Shown piece after piece: positions 40,021 to 52,771 of a stretch of DNA of 64,000 nt. The translations under genes were made by a program, and so were the position numbers. The notes beneath the pieces are model-generated. The model was given only the letters and a program-made list of their open reading frames with translations, ran no database searches and had not been told where the DNA came from. This DNA is from Eledone cirrhosa (lineage: Eukaryota), in assembly GCA_964016885.1 (NCBI GenBank), contig OZ024742.1, positions 149,730,001 through 149,794,000 of the forward strand, written 5' to 3'. Position 1 is the stretch's first letter, and every line of letters starts with the position of its first letter.

Positions 40021-41458
40021 CCTCTCCTCCAGTCACATCCTCATTAGCAAGGTCCTAATCATGTGATTAAGACATCAAGTTATTCTTAGGTAGTTATACT
40101 TGGTCTGAGTGCTTGTAACAGAGTGGACTACATTGATGGTAGCTAAGGGCCAGGAGATAAACTTTAGGATGGATTAAACATACCACCCAAAATTTAAGGA
40201 ATAAAAATATGTTTAATGGAGTATAGAAGTAGGTTATATTTTCAAATCATGTCAGGTTGTTCTCAAATGTTATTGGTAATATGTAACCTAGTACAACTTG
40301 TCACATGGTTGAGTCATTGCCAACTTCACCAGCAAAACCACTAAGCTTGGTTAATGCAAAGAGTGAGTTTTGGACACTTTCATCATCACCGTTTTATGTC
40401 ATTCTTCCATGCTAGCATGGGCACAATGAAATACAAAACCTGTCAAAGGGTGGAGGAACTCAGGAGAGTCAACAGCCATCCAATAATGTATAAAAAAACA
40501 GAAAGACAGAGTTTGTGAGCCTTAGTTGGCAGTCTGATTAAGAGACAGATCGTTCAGATTTCAAAACTTGTGTGGATGAGACTCCTTAGTCACCTTGGTA
40601 ACAACCATTCAAGTAGCAAACAACAACATCCTTGTGATGAAGGCAGATGAGTTGCAGCTCAGTAGCCAGCTTCTGAGTAATAGTTGGATAAAGATTCAGG
40701 ACCCAATGATGTCACCTTTTAACTTATGAGAACCATGGGTATACAGCATCAAATAGATGTGTACTGGTGCAATTGTCTAGGTCCCTGACTCTCAGCAATG
40801 GAAAAGGAAAGAGACCAGATACATTTTTAAAGACTTACATGAGATATATAGAAATGGGTACAATATTATATAGAATTAACTCTTTTGATACTAATGAAAG
40901 ACACTGCCTATAAATTTCAAATGATGATGAATCATCAAGAATTTGGTGGCATTTATTTGGTGTTTGGAACTTAACTTATAATGGAAAATTTGTAGATAAA
41001 TATAAACACTTTAAAATAAGTAGTTTTATATTGTAGAACCATGACTGTTTTTATGCAGTTACAAATGGGTTAATTAGCATAAAGGGAGAGGGTGACAATA
41101 TATAGAAGTTAGATTAATGGAAGGAAACAACCTTGGCTTGGGAAGATAGGTTATATTAGTTGGGTAAATGACATTGCTGGTGTGTAGGAATGAGACACAT
41201 AAGTTGCCCATTGTGTATAGGGATGAATTGTATTGTGTGTAGAGTAGTGTTGGTTGACTCTGGTGTGTGGGTAAGATTTATTAATGATTCAAGTTGTTTC
41301 TGATGTGTACTTTTGATGTGTAGAATGAATAAGATTGATTTTATCTTGTGTTTGGGTGAGTGTGTGTGTGTGTATGCATGTGGTTACATCACTGTTAGAG
41401 ACTCTGAAATCCCTATAAATTTATATCATTATGGTAACCATAGTAACTTTAAACTTAC

Positions 41459-41563
41459 CTTGGTGTTGTACTCTGAGCCCATGTTAATGCAGTCATTTTC
41501 ATCAACAAACTCAGGGTCCAGAGGGTTGTTGTTTGACATTTTACAGCAAGACTTGGGCAGTTT
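41459..41563 (-). CDS. Tetraspanin exon 6: KLPKSCCKMSNNNPLDPEFVDENDCINMGSEYNTK
   Basis: aatcag acceptor and gtaagt donor. 105 nt. PxSCC motif. Confidence 0.93.
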
Positions 41564-41940
41564 CTGATTAGAATAAGAGAAGTAGTTTATTACTCTGATT
41601 AAAAACCCAGCTGTTATCACAATTATCATCAGACATTTGCAGCATAAAGTTATGGCCCTTTACGTTCTGAGTTCAAATTAACTTTGATTTTCATCCTTAC
41701 AGGGTCTATAAAATAAAGTACCAGTAATACACAGGGATAATTGCTGGCCTTGTGCCAAAAGTATAAAGAATTATTGTCATTAGAATTATTATTTCTTACT
41801 TGAATATAAGGGAAAGGATGAAGTTGGCTGTGTAATATGTAATATATTATTGGTACTCATTTTATGATTTTGGAGAGAGTGAAAGACAAAATCAACTCCA
41901 ATGGTGTTGAACTTGGGAAAGAGAGGATAATTAAATAGAC

Positions 41941-44254
41941 TCCAGTACTTCTAATGATACTTCCTCCAGTCAAGACACCCCAGTACTTCTAATGATACTT
42001 CCTCCAGTCAAGACACCCCAGTACTTCTAATGATACTTCCTCCAGTCAAGACACCCCAGTACTTCTAATGATACTTCCTCCAGTCAACACCCCAGTACTT
42101 CTAATGATACTTCCTCCAGTCAACACCCCGGTACTTCTAATGATACTTCCTCCAGTCAACACCCCAGTACTTCTAATGATACTTCCTCCAGTCAACACCC
42201 CGGTACTTCTAATGATACTTCCTCCAGTCAACACCCCAGTATTTCTAATGATACTTCCTCCAGTCAACACCCCAGTACTTCTAATGATACTTCCTCCAGT
42301 CAACACCCCAGTACTTCTAATGATACTTCCTCCAGTCAAGACACCCCAGTACTTCTAAATGATACTTCCTCCAGTTAACACCCCAGTACTTCTAATGATA
42401 CTTCCTCCAGTCAACACCCCAGTACTTCTAATGATACTTCCTCCAGTCAACACCCCAGTACTTCTAATGATACTTCCTCCAGTCAACACCCCAGTACTTC
42501 TAATGATACTTCCTCCAGTCAACACCCCAGTACTTCTAATGATACTTCCTCCAGTCAACACCCCAGTACTTCTAATGATACTTCCTCCAGTCAACACCCC
42601 AGTACTTCTAATGATACTTCCTCCAGTCAACACCCCAGTACTTCTAATGATACTTCCACCAGTCAACACCCCAGTACTTCTAATGATACTTCCTCCAGTC
42701 AAGACACCCCAGTACTTCTAATGATACTTCCTCCAGTCAACACCCCAGTACTTCTAATGATACTTCCTCCAGTCAACACCCCAGTACTTCTAATGATACT
42801 TCCTCCAGTCAACACCCCAGTACTTCTAATGATACTTCCTCCAGTCAACACCCCAGTACTTCTAATGATACTTCCTCCAGTCAACACCCCAGTACTTCTA
42901 ATGATACTTCCTCCAGTCAACACCCCAGTACTTCTAATGATACTTCCTCCAGTCAACACCCCAGTACTTCTAATGATACTTCCTCCAGTCAACACCCCAG
43001 TACTTCTAATGATACTTCCTCCAGTCAACACCCCGGTACTTCTAATGATACTTCCTCCAGTCAACACCCCAGTACTTCTAATGATACTTCCTCCAGTCAA
43101 CACCCCGGTACTTCTAATGATACTTCCTCCAGTCAACACCCCAGTATTTCTAATGATACTTCCTCCAGTCAACACCCCAGTACTTCTAATGATACTTCCT
43201 CCAGTCAACACCCCAGTACTTCTAATGATACTTCCTCCAGTCAAGACACCCCAGTACTTCTAAATGATACTTCCTCCAGTTAACACCCCAGTACTTCTAA
43301 TGATACTTCCTCCAGTCAAGACACCCCAGTACTTCTAAATGATACTTCCTCCAGTCAACACCCCAGTACTTCTAATGATACTTCCTCCAGTCAACACCCC
43401 AGTACTTCTAATGATACTTCCACCAGTCAACACCCCAGTACTTCTAATGATACTTCCTCCAGTCAAGACACCCCAGTACTTCTAATGATACTTCCTCCAG
43501 TCAACACCCCAGTACTTCTAATGATACTTCCTCCAGTCAACACCCCAGTACTTCTAATGATACATCCTCCAGTCAAGACACCCCAGTACTTCTAATGATA
43601 CTTCCTCCAGTCAACACCCCAGTACTTCTAATGATACTTCCTCCAGTCAAGACACCCCAGTACTTCTAATGATACTTCCTCCAGTCAACACCCCAGTACT
43701 TCTAATGATACTTCCTCCAGTCAACACCCCAGTACTTTTAATGATACTTCCTCCAGTCAACACCCCAGTACTTCTAATGATACTTCCTCCAGTCAACACC
43801 CCAGTACTTCTAATGATACTTCCTCCAGTCAACACCCCAGTACTTCTAATGATACATCCTCCAGTCAAGACACCCCAGTACTTCTAATGATACTTCCTCC
43901 AGTCAACACCCCAGTACTTCTAATGATACTTCCTCCAGTCAACACCCCAGTACTTATAATGACACTTCTGCCAGTCAAGACACCCCAGTACTTCTAATGA
44001 TACTTCCTCCAGTCAACACCCCAGTACTTCTAATGATACTTCCTCCAGTCAACACCCCAGTACTTATAATGACACTTCTGCCAGTCAAGACACCCCGGTA
44101 CTTCTAATGATACTTCCTCCAGTCAACACCCCAGTACTTATAATGACACTTCTGCCAGTCAAGACACCCCAGTACTTCTAATGATACTTCCTCCAGTCAA
44201 GACACCCTGGTACTTCTAATGATACTTCCTCCAGTCAAGACACCCCAGTACTTA
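41941..44254. repeat. 36-bp minisatellite (TCAACACCCCAGTACTTCTAATGATACTTCCTCCAG), roughly 63 units, in tetraspanin intron 5
   Basis: Directly visible, with 38-bp (+GA) and single-base variant units. Confidence 0.98.
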
Positions 44255-45016
44255 TGTTGTTTCTCTCTACAGTTGCAGTATTGTTGGTATTGTTTGTCCT
44301 AGGTTAGCTCTGATAGAGTACAGTACAGCTATAGCAATCCCATCTTTTTGTAAGTATGTAGGACAAACATTACTTAATGTTTCCTCTCCTTATTTTCCAA
44401 ATGTATGGTTTAACAAGAGTGAATTCCAGGAATTTATGTTCATTCATATGGTTCTCCTATTCCACCTTGAAGTGAATCAAAGACCTGTCTCTTCATTGTG
44501 GAGGATTTGGTATTGCTTGGGTATTCTTGATTTTTTCATGTACATTATGTGGCCAACCCATATGGTCTGTGATTTGATTAGGAGGCTCTTGATAGCATTT
44601 AACTACACATGCTCTGAAGTATGAAACTTTGACTTGTTTCAATGTGTCAATGTTACTACTGTTAAAACAAACCTGGGTGTCTACACTATCACCTGGAATT
44701 CAACACACTGTCTCATATATGTGTGTACCTGTTGGACTTCCATTGGTCCAATGAGTACTTCAGTTGTTTGAATAATGAAACAGTCTGCTCATGAAACTAA
44801 TCTGGAAGTAGCTGATTATTCCACAGACACACATATCCTTAACATAGCTTTTAGAGAGATTCAGTTTGACACAGTGTGTGACAAGGCTGGTCCTTTGAAT
44901 TACAACTGAGTGGACTGAAGTAACATGAAGTAATGTGACTAATGCAAAATGCCACAAAGATTGAAACTAGAAGAAGAAATGAAAAATATAAGTATTATCA
45001 GCAGTGCCATACTTAC

Positions 45017-45091
45017 CACAGTCCTATTGAAGCTTTCATACCATGTGCTGTTCATATAGTCCTTGGGCGAAAATACTCCACAGCACTTACC
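45017..45091 (-). CDS. Tetraspanin exon 5: GKCCGVFSPKDYMNSTWYESFNRTV
   Basis: tttcag acceptor and gtaagt donor. 75 nt. Invariant CCG motif. Confidence 0.94.
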
Positions 45092-45930
45092 CTGAAATAG
45101 CAGAAATATAGGAGTCATTAATCCTTTATCAAGGAATTATTTCACAGTGAATTACATACAAAACTGAATAAAAATAATATAGAAACATGAAGGTAAAACA
45201 TAAGCATTTAGTCATTGCCATTTTTGTCATCATCACCACCATTGCTATCATAATCTTTGATGCTATGATCTTTGGGATGTTCACAATTATCATCATCATC
45301 ATTGGTGACGTCGTCCTTATAATTATCGTTATTACTGCCACTCCTTCATCCATCATTGTTGTTGAAACGATTTCCTTATGTATATAATGTTCTTTGAATG
45401 CATCAAAGGGAAGAGAATCCATCTGGAAGCTAAACGTCTTTAACCCTTGTACACCACTAAACAACCAATAGTCTTTTAGAATGTACAAAACCATTCATCA
45501 ATTTTAGATAGACACCTGTAAGGTAATTTTACTTGTGTCACTTCGAAACCAACCAGTCCATTCTGTAGGGTGGCAGTGCTGGTGCCACAAGAAAAAAGTA
45601 CACCGTCCACCCAGTACGGTGGTAGTGCTGGTGCCACTACAAAACCACCCAGTTCACTCTGTAAGGTGGTCATGCTAGTGCTATAAAAAAGTTTTTCAAA
45701 ATATTCAGCAGAACTAGAAACTTTATATACACACACTTTTTACTACCACAAGAAAAAATAATAATGAAATAAATAGTGTAACATTTTTAGAGATTGAAAT
45801 TGAATTTAAAAAAATAAACAAAACAAATTTAACAAATACTAAATTAAAAAACTAAAATCACACACATGCACACATATACATGTCCACTCATATGCATAGA
45901 CACAGAAAAATGAATATGTTTATTATTTAC

Positions 45931-46038
45931 CTCCATCTGAATGATATCCCAAGTTGCTGAAGTAACTTGGTTGTTGTTAGTGCCATATTTTGTCTTGACA
46001 AACTTCTTTAAGTTAGAAGTCAGGTTGTCTCCAAGAAG
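45931..46038 (-). CDS. Tetraspanin exon 4 (large loop helices): LLGDNLTSNLKKFVKTKYGTNNNQVTSATWDIIQME
   Basis: ttgcag acceptor and gtaaat donor. 108 nt. WDxxQ motif preceding CCG. Confidence 0.93.
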
Positions 46039-46409
46039 CTGCAATAAAAGACCAGGTGATGATAAATTTATCAATTCAGTTTTTGGATACATTATACTAT
46101 CTGCTGTTATATTAAAGTCTCTAAGAGCCCTAGGCTTCAGAATATTTGGGGGCCTCAGAAACAATGGAAATTAAAAGTACATGAATATAGTCATACACAT
46201 AGAATGATGCTGAGATTCAACCTAAAAACAGAAACGACATCCAAAGATGTCAATCAAATTCAAAAGTAAGAATTTCTTAAATTTAGTTTGCAGATATGAC
46301 ATATAGCAAACCTTTACAAAGTTGCAACTTGCAAGTAACTGATATAAATGATATAAAATATAATTATTTGACTCATATGATTTCATATGAAGTTCTAAAC
46401 CAGATAATG

Positions 46410-46617
46410 TTTTCTAGTATAGGCACAAGGCCAGTAATTTGGGGGGAGGGGAAAGTCAATTAAATCGACACCAGTACGTTACTGGTACTTTATTTTATCG
46501 ACTCCGTAAGGATGAAAGGCAAAGTCAATCTCGGCGGGATTTGAACTCAGATCGTAAAGGGACATAACTATGCTGGAAAGCATGGCGTCTGACCCTCTAC
46601 CGATACTGCCAATACAC
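46410..46617 (-). mobile_element. SINE family A, full long variant
   Basis: 16-bp TSD aaccagataatgtttt at 46398-46413 and 46618-46633. Confidence 0.88.
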
Positions 46618-46633
46618 AACCAGATAATGTTTT

Positions 46634-46855
46634 ACCAATATAACGGTCAATTGAAAAGATCCCAGAACTCATTCGCTTAATGAGTGGGGTCTTTCCAATT
46701 GCTAATACTATCTACCGGTCACAAATCCAGGCAGAAGGAGCAATGTGAAATAAAGTGTTTTACTCAACATAATGCATCGCCCAGTCCGGGAATCAAATTC
46801 ACAACCTCATGATTGCGAGTCAAAATTCTCTAACCACTCAGCCATGCGCCTTCAC
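46634..46855 (-). mobile_element. tRNA-derived SINE with CORE-like segment (paralog at about 25895-26115)
   Basis: Minus strand ggctgagtggttagag...gaatttgattcccgg followed by aacactttatttcacattgctcc. The body is shared with the 25.9-kb copy. Confidence 0.7.
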
Positions 46856-47667
46856 ATATATATATGTTATATTTACCAATATATAATATATATCAATCTA
46901 TGATATACAACTACAGCTTTACTGACACACACATAACTCTGACAATCTGGAAAATGCTGGGTGTGCAGCAAAAAAAAAAAAAAAGTAAGAAAGAAAAGCA
47001 TAAAATAAACCCCTCAACATGAATAGAGTCTATTTTGTGCCTTTTTTTATTGAGTTAAAAATTACATATTTTTATTTAATTTGTCTCCTTTATTATCAGT
47101 ATACTACATATTTTGCGATTTTACTAGATCAATTCTGATTTCTAGCTTATTCTAAAATTTGTTTTGTTTTTAATAGCATGATTTAAAAAATTAAGTCCAA
47201 GTGACTTGATGGTCAACTGTAGTTGTTTAATGAGTTGAAATTGTATAAAAAATTTTGATTAAAAATCTAAATAAAAACAATCTCTAATGAGACAAATGTG
47301 AAAATAATAGAAATGAATAAACTGTAACAACAAGAATACGTTGTAGTTGCTATTGTTCATTAGCCTCACACATGGGATATGATCCAAAGAATTCCTGCAG
47401 TGGAAATCTCATCATTTCTCTTTATTTTTCAAGTATAATACATTAAGGATTACGTTACCCAATGCTTTCTGAAATTCAATGAAATTCAATGGAGATTCGT
47501 AATCTATTTCTAGCAACTTGAACGACTAGTTAAAGGCTTCTTGTTGGTTCGAGTGTCGTAGTAATTATTTCAAAACAGTAAGAGGTAGTCAAACAAGAAA
47601 GGTAATTCTAATATATTTCTAGGAGTTATTTCCCCTGAATTAAATAGCACAACTGTTATGCATAGCT

Positions 47668-47993
47668 GAGGTTGACTTTGCCTTTCATCCTTACGGGGTC
47701 GATAAAATAAAGTACCAGTAATGCACTGGGTAATTACTGGCCTTGTGCCTAAAGTAGAAACAATTATATATTATACAAAAAAAAGGGCGGTAGATTGGCA
47801 GTATCGGTAGAGGGCCGGACGCCATGCTTTGCAGCACAGTTACGTCCCTTTACGGACTGAGTTCAAATCGCGCCGAGGTTAACTTTACCTTTCATCCTTA
47901 CGGGGTCGATAAAATAAAGTACCAGTAATACACTGGGATAATTGCTGGCCTTGTGCCAAAAGTAGAAACAATTATATATTATACAAAAAAAAA
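47668..47993 (+). mobile_element. Tandem pair of family A SINEs (truncated copy then full copy)
   Basis: Both end in aattatatattatacaaaaaaaa, which is a TSD-like duplication. Confidence 0.88.
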
Positions 47994-48832
47994 CAAACTT
48001 TGCTAAATCGAAATATACATTTACCTTCAAATCGAAATATACATGAATCGAAATATACATTTACCTTCAAATCTTTAAAACTTTGAGCGTTATTAACAAT
48101 TATCACTAGTTATTTTCTCTCCAATGAATCAAATTTTAATTCATTAGGAGTTTCTTGTGTACCTCATTCAGTACATCACTACCTATCTGAATTATAGAGA
48201 TTTATGTCATTGGCTCATTTAAGTTGGTTCCCTTTTTATGATTTATACAAATTATATTAGCCAAAAATGTTTGTAACTGCTTTTCTATATGTAAAAACGC
48301 CTGTCATCTGACTTGAAAAGACTGTTATGATAATAAGGTCCAGTAAAGCAACACATGGCTGTGTTTGTCACCTTGCTTGCTGATAATGATTAATTTTTCC
48401 TTCCTCTTAGAATGAAAATTCATTTTCTTGTAAAACTGATTCTTGATTTCTTGATATTATCTTCTTTTTTTTTTTAAGTTGCTAACAATTAAAACTAAGA
48501 TTAAGAATATTTTGCTTATGACATTGAATACCTGAATTCTTTAAAATATATGGCCTAGCAGTGGAATGAAACTTTGAAATATGTCATAAATATTATATTA
48601 ATTTAAGATCTCAAAATTCGCTTAACTACTGCACTAAGAATGAGAAAAAAGAGCCTATAGCCCTATAGAAAATGAGTCTCAATTCACTCAGAGTGAGTTA
48701 ATTTCCACATCAGTGCAAGTCTGACAACTTAAGACATAAGGAATATTAACATGAAAATATATCCTGGTAAAGTAATTTTAAATATATATATATGCATTAA
48801 TTAACCCCCACCCCACCCCTCTCTCTCTCATA

Positions 48833-48894
<62 letters not shown>

Positions 48895-50030
48895 CTCCAT
48901 AGTGGGCTGGGAGCTTACACTCCTGTACTGTACCTAGTGCTTTGAGTGGTCAGCAGCCTGCAAATCATTTACATGCAAGCAGGAGCATTTTATCATGCTA
49001 CTGAATGCATATACGTATATATTGTTTCTGTCTTTTGTTCATTCAAACAAGGCTTACAGATTGGACACAATACTTCAGAGAAAAGAATGTAGTGGTTTAT
49101 TTTGTTCATATACTGGACATATACATGCTTTACAGAATTAAATCTAATTTGATTCCTAAGGCAGTTCTGATGATCAAACTAAAAAAACTCATCCCCCAAA
49201 CTAACAAAGATCTATTTATTAGTAAGAGGTCAAGAAAAGAAGCTATGAGCACCGCTCTTACTCTTCACAGTAATGAATAAAAAAGAAGCATTCTGTATTA
49301 CAGTACACACACAATTATGGATGATGAATTGACACAGTTGTTAGAGCCTTGCTGTATTTGTTTAGACACTCTTTATCCTGAATCCAATAACTGTCAAAGT
49401 CAACTTTGCTTTTCATCCTTTTAAGGTTAATAAACAAAATATAGCAACCCAAGGCAGTGGTTTCATGATATTGGTAGGACATAGAATGAGAAGACATGCA
49501 GTGTTCTCATTCTTTGTGGCCTGAATTTAATAATACTGTGGTGTAATGTGTGACAGCTTTAATTCATTGTTTGATTTATCACTACCATTTGGCCCTTGGA
49601 TGACTTTCATGGAGTTCACTCTGTTGCAAGATTTCAGGCCAGGTCTCTAGTTTGAGGATACCTTCCTTCCTCCCTTGAAGAAGGTCAAGGTTAATGCACT
49701 TTCCTCCCTTGCTAAATAGTTTTAAAAAAACACATAGACAAACACATGAGCCAATGACAGAACCTTTACAAAGTTGCTTGATTTGTTGGAAATAGCAGCC
49801 GAAACTCTCTCAAATCACGCTAATATCTTGAAAAAATGTACATTGGATAATATGACTAAATATACCGTGTATATTGCACCCCTCTCCCCTAAGAAAAAAA
49901 ATGAATGGTAAGAAGGTCATGGCTGGAATTGACCCTATGTCTGCACTGATGTAGGACCAAACAACAAGAACAATAATGTGTACACACACATACACAAATG
50001 TGTATACAACCACAAGTTATAAAATGTTAC

Positions 50031-50105
50031 CTCTTTCTTATAAAGGGCAGCCAAGATTCCTGCAGCCAATTCCCCGGCCATGATACACAGCAAGAAAAAG
50101 AAATA
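50031..50105 (-). CDS. Tetraspanin exon 3 (TM3): YFFFLLCIMAGELAAGILAALYKKE
   Basis: ttacag acceptor and gtaac donor. 75 nt. Conserved intramembrane Glu in ExxxGI. Confidence 0.94.
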
Positions 50106-50959
50106 CTGTAAAATAAGATAAAGAGAAACATAGCAATTATAATAATTCATTAAATTTATTTAGCAAAAGAAGAATGTGATAACATCATTGTAAATAAGTG
50201 GTTCTTAAATTTGTCTTATGAAACACCTGTATCATCACATTCATCATCACCATTTAACAATTATTTTTCATGCTTGCAGCTTGCATGATGTCTGACTAGT
50301 TAGGTGAACATGTCTTACTCATACATTTCATTTTGGACTTGGTTTTATGGCTGGGTTTACAGCATGTACTGGGAGTATGGTTTCTATGGCTGAATGACCT
50401 TTCTAACATCAACAACTTTACAATATGTACTGGGAACATGGTTTCTACAATTCTATAGCCATCCTCACACCACTTTACAGCATGTACAGAGAGCATAGTT
50501 TTAAATGGCTGGATGGCTTTCCTAACACCAATCACTTTACAGGCAGGCCAGGGACCTAAGCATTTATTGCTCAGGAGAAGTTGTCATGCCTTTAACACAA
50601 TGGTGGGTCCTTCCAAACATTTGTTTGGAAAGATTTCTATGGCTGGATGCCCTTCAGATCGCCAACCACTTTATAGTGTGTACTGAGTGTGTTTACCATG
50701 TTGATCACCAACAGTAGGGAGGTTGTCATGTCCCTGACATGACTGGAGGGTTCTCCCGACCCTTTGTTTATTTGGATGGCAAGCTCTCCATAGCTGGAAG
50801 CCCTTCCTATCATTAACCACTTTACGAACGGAAAGTGGGGGTAAAGCTGCCAGAAATGTGCATGTGCAGGGGGGTGGGGGTGGGGGTGAAGTAGTGAAGT
50901 TGAGAATAACTGTTAGGGAGTACTAATGGAAGGGGAGGGTAGGTCAGGTCATCTTCAGC

Positions 50960-51270
50960 ACTGCATAGCTCCAGTCCTCGCGATCTTTAGTAATTAATGT
51001 TGTAAGATTTAGCTTTCTATGGTCAGTCCTCACAACCCCCATCCCATGTCTTCCTGGGTCTGCTTCTTCCACAGGTCCCAGTCACTAGGGTTTCTTGGTA
51101 TTCTTTTATGCAGCTGCTATCTTCCATCCACATCACATGGCCATACCAACACAGTCTTCTTTCTTGCACACTATAACCTATTCCTCTTATGCCAAGTTTT
51201 TCCTTCAGTTTGCTTATACTATGTCACTCATGCACACTAACATTGCACATCCATCAGAGCATATTTGACT
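50960..51270 (-). mobile_element. Degenerate RTE C-terminal fragment in tetraspanin intron 2
   Basis: gcacatccatcagagcat matches the MLRWMC-coding segment of the RTE family, and a GRPRKT-like segment follows. Confidence 0.6.
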
Positions 51271-51331
51271 CATTATATATGTATATGTATGTAACAGAAA
51301 AGGGAAAGAAAATAATATTATTACTACTCAC

Positions 51332-51538
51332 AAATCCAAGGAGACACTTGCTCTTTCGGATGGCTCCACAGCATCCACAGAATCCAACAAGGAAAACAAA
51401 TACACCAAATGCTATTAGGATGTAAGATGATGTCCTGAAGTAAGGGTCTTCTGTTTCCACCGTTATTTCAAACCGGTTCACGATGTTGGGATCAACGACC
51501 ATCCATACACCTACTCCAAGGATAGCCACTCCTGAGAG
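51332..51538 (-). CDS. Tetraspanin exon 2 (end of TM1, small loop, TM2): LSGVAILGVGVW...GFCGCCGAIRKSKCLLGF
   Basis: ttgcag acceptor and gtgagt donor. 207 nt. Contains the GFxGCCGAxxxxxCLL tetraspanin signature. Confidence 0.96.
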
Positions 51539-51719
51539 CTGCAATGATAGACATAAGCTGTTACAAATGATGTTATTACAGAAATTTATATATATATATA
51601 TATATATACACACACAAATATGAGATATGAAAACATATCAAATATGTTTGACTTTTGTGCTTCTCAATAAAAAAGCTCAATGGACTATGTCCAGAGCTAT
51701 AATAACTCAAAATTAAAAG

Positions 51720-51760
<41 letters not shown>

Positions 51761-52394
51761 TAAAATGTGGAGAAGGAGCACACAAGTTGGAATATATATA
51801 TATATATATGTAAATAGGGAGAAAAAGACGATTATTAGGAAGAAATACATTTTGTGCCAATACAGATCCCCCCCCCCCCCCCTTTGATAATGCATAAAAT
51901 GCTGAAACCTTAGAAAAAAAACAGAAAAAAGAGAAAAAATAAAGGAAAAAAAAAAATGTTCTTCCTAGAGAGAGAAAGAGAGAAAAGGTAAAGTTGGAAA
52001 TAGCATGGAAAATATATTTTAGGGTCTGTTTTTTTTTTCTTTCCTTTCTTTGATTCGTCAAAGTGGCATTATTGAAAACATGAGAGCGACAATTTAAAAA
52101 AAAAGAAGAGTTTTATAATGTATATAAAGTATTACCATTGTCGCTGTATTATCGAATGTTGAGTATTACAATTAAAAAGAATAAATAGGAATTAAAAACT
52201 AAAAATTAAAGATTTAAAATTAAGTGTTGGAGTAAGATTTTTTCCCATCTTCCTTGCTCAGAAGTGGACTGGAGAACAAGTTCTTGTGTATATAGAGAGA
52301 GGTGTGTAGTCATAATAGTAGCAGCAGTGTTGGTAGTTGTGTTTCTTCACAAAACAAAATTGTTTTTTGAGGCCAAAGGAAATATTCTGTAAAT

Positions 52395-52771
52395 ATCATC
52401 ATCATCATTATTTTAGGTCCACTTTTCCCTGCTTGCAAGGGTGGGACAGGAACTGATTCTGGCTTGATTTCTTTAGCTGGATGCCCTTCCTAACACCAAC
52501 CTCATTTACAGTGAGTGCTGGGTGCCTTTTTTCTGTGGCGCCTACATGACCACTTTACAGTGTGAGCTGGGTGCTTTTTTGCACCTCCATGACCACTTTG
52601 CAGTGGAATGATAGGGACTGGGGTCCCTATCATTTCTACAGCTGAGTAAACTGGAGCAATGTGAAATAAAGTGTCTTGCTCAAGGAAACAACACATCACC
52701 CGGTCTGAGAATTGAACTCACAACCTTTCGATTGCAAGGCCAATGCTCTAACGACTAAGCCATGTGCCTCC
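52395..52771 (-). mobile_element. Complete SINE: tRNA head + CORE-like domain + RTE-derived 3' tail
   Basis: Head ggcacatggcttagtcgttagagc..gagttcaattctc, then cttgagcaagacactttatttcacattgctccagtttactcagctgtagaaatg. The tail closely matches RTE 3' UTR 22360-22520 and ends in (GAT)n. Confidence 0.8.

Noticed and set aside
41941-44254. CRISPR array or repetitive protein (MILPPVNTPVLL, TGGSIIRSTGVL, or the mucin-like QHPSTSNDTSSS frame)
   Set aside because: No unique spacers, eukaryotic context and no cas genes. The 38-bp variant units shift the frame repeatedly, and the array lies in an intron whose flanking exons join in frame.
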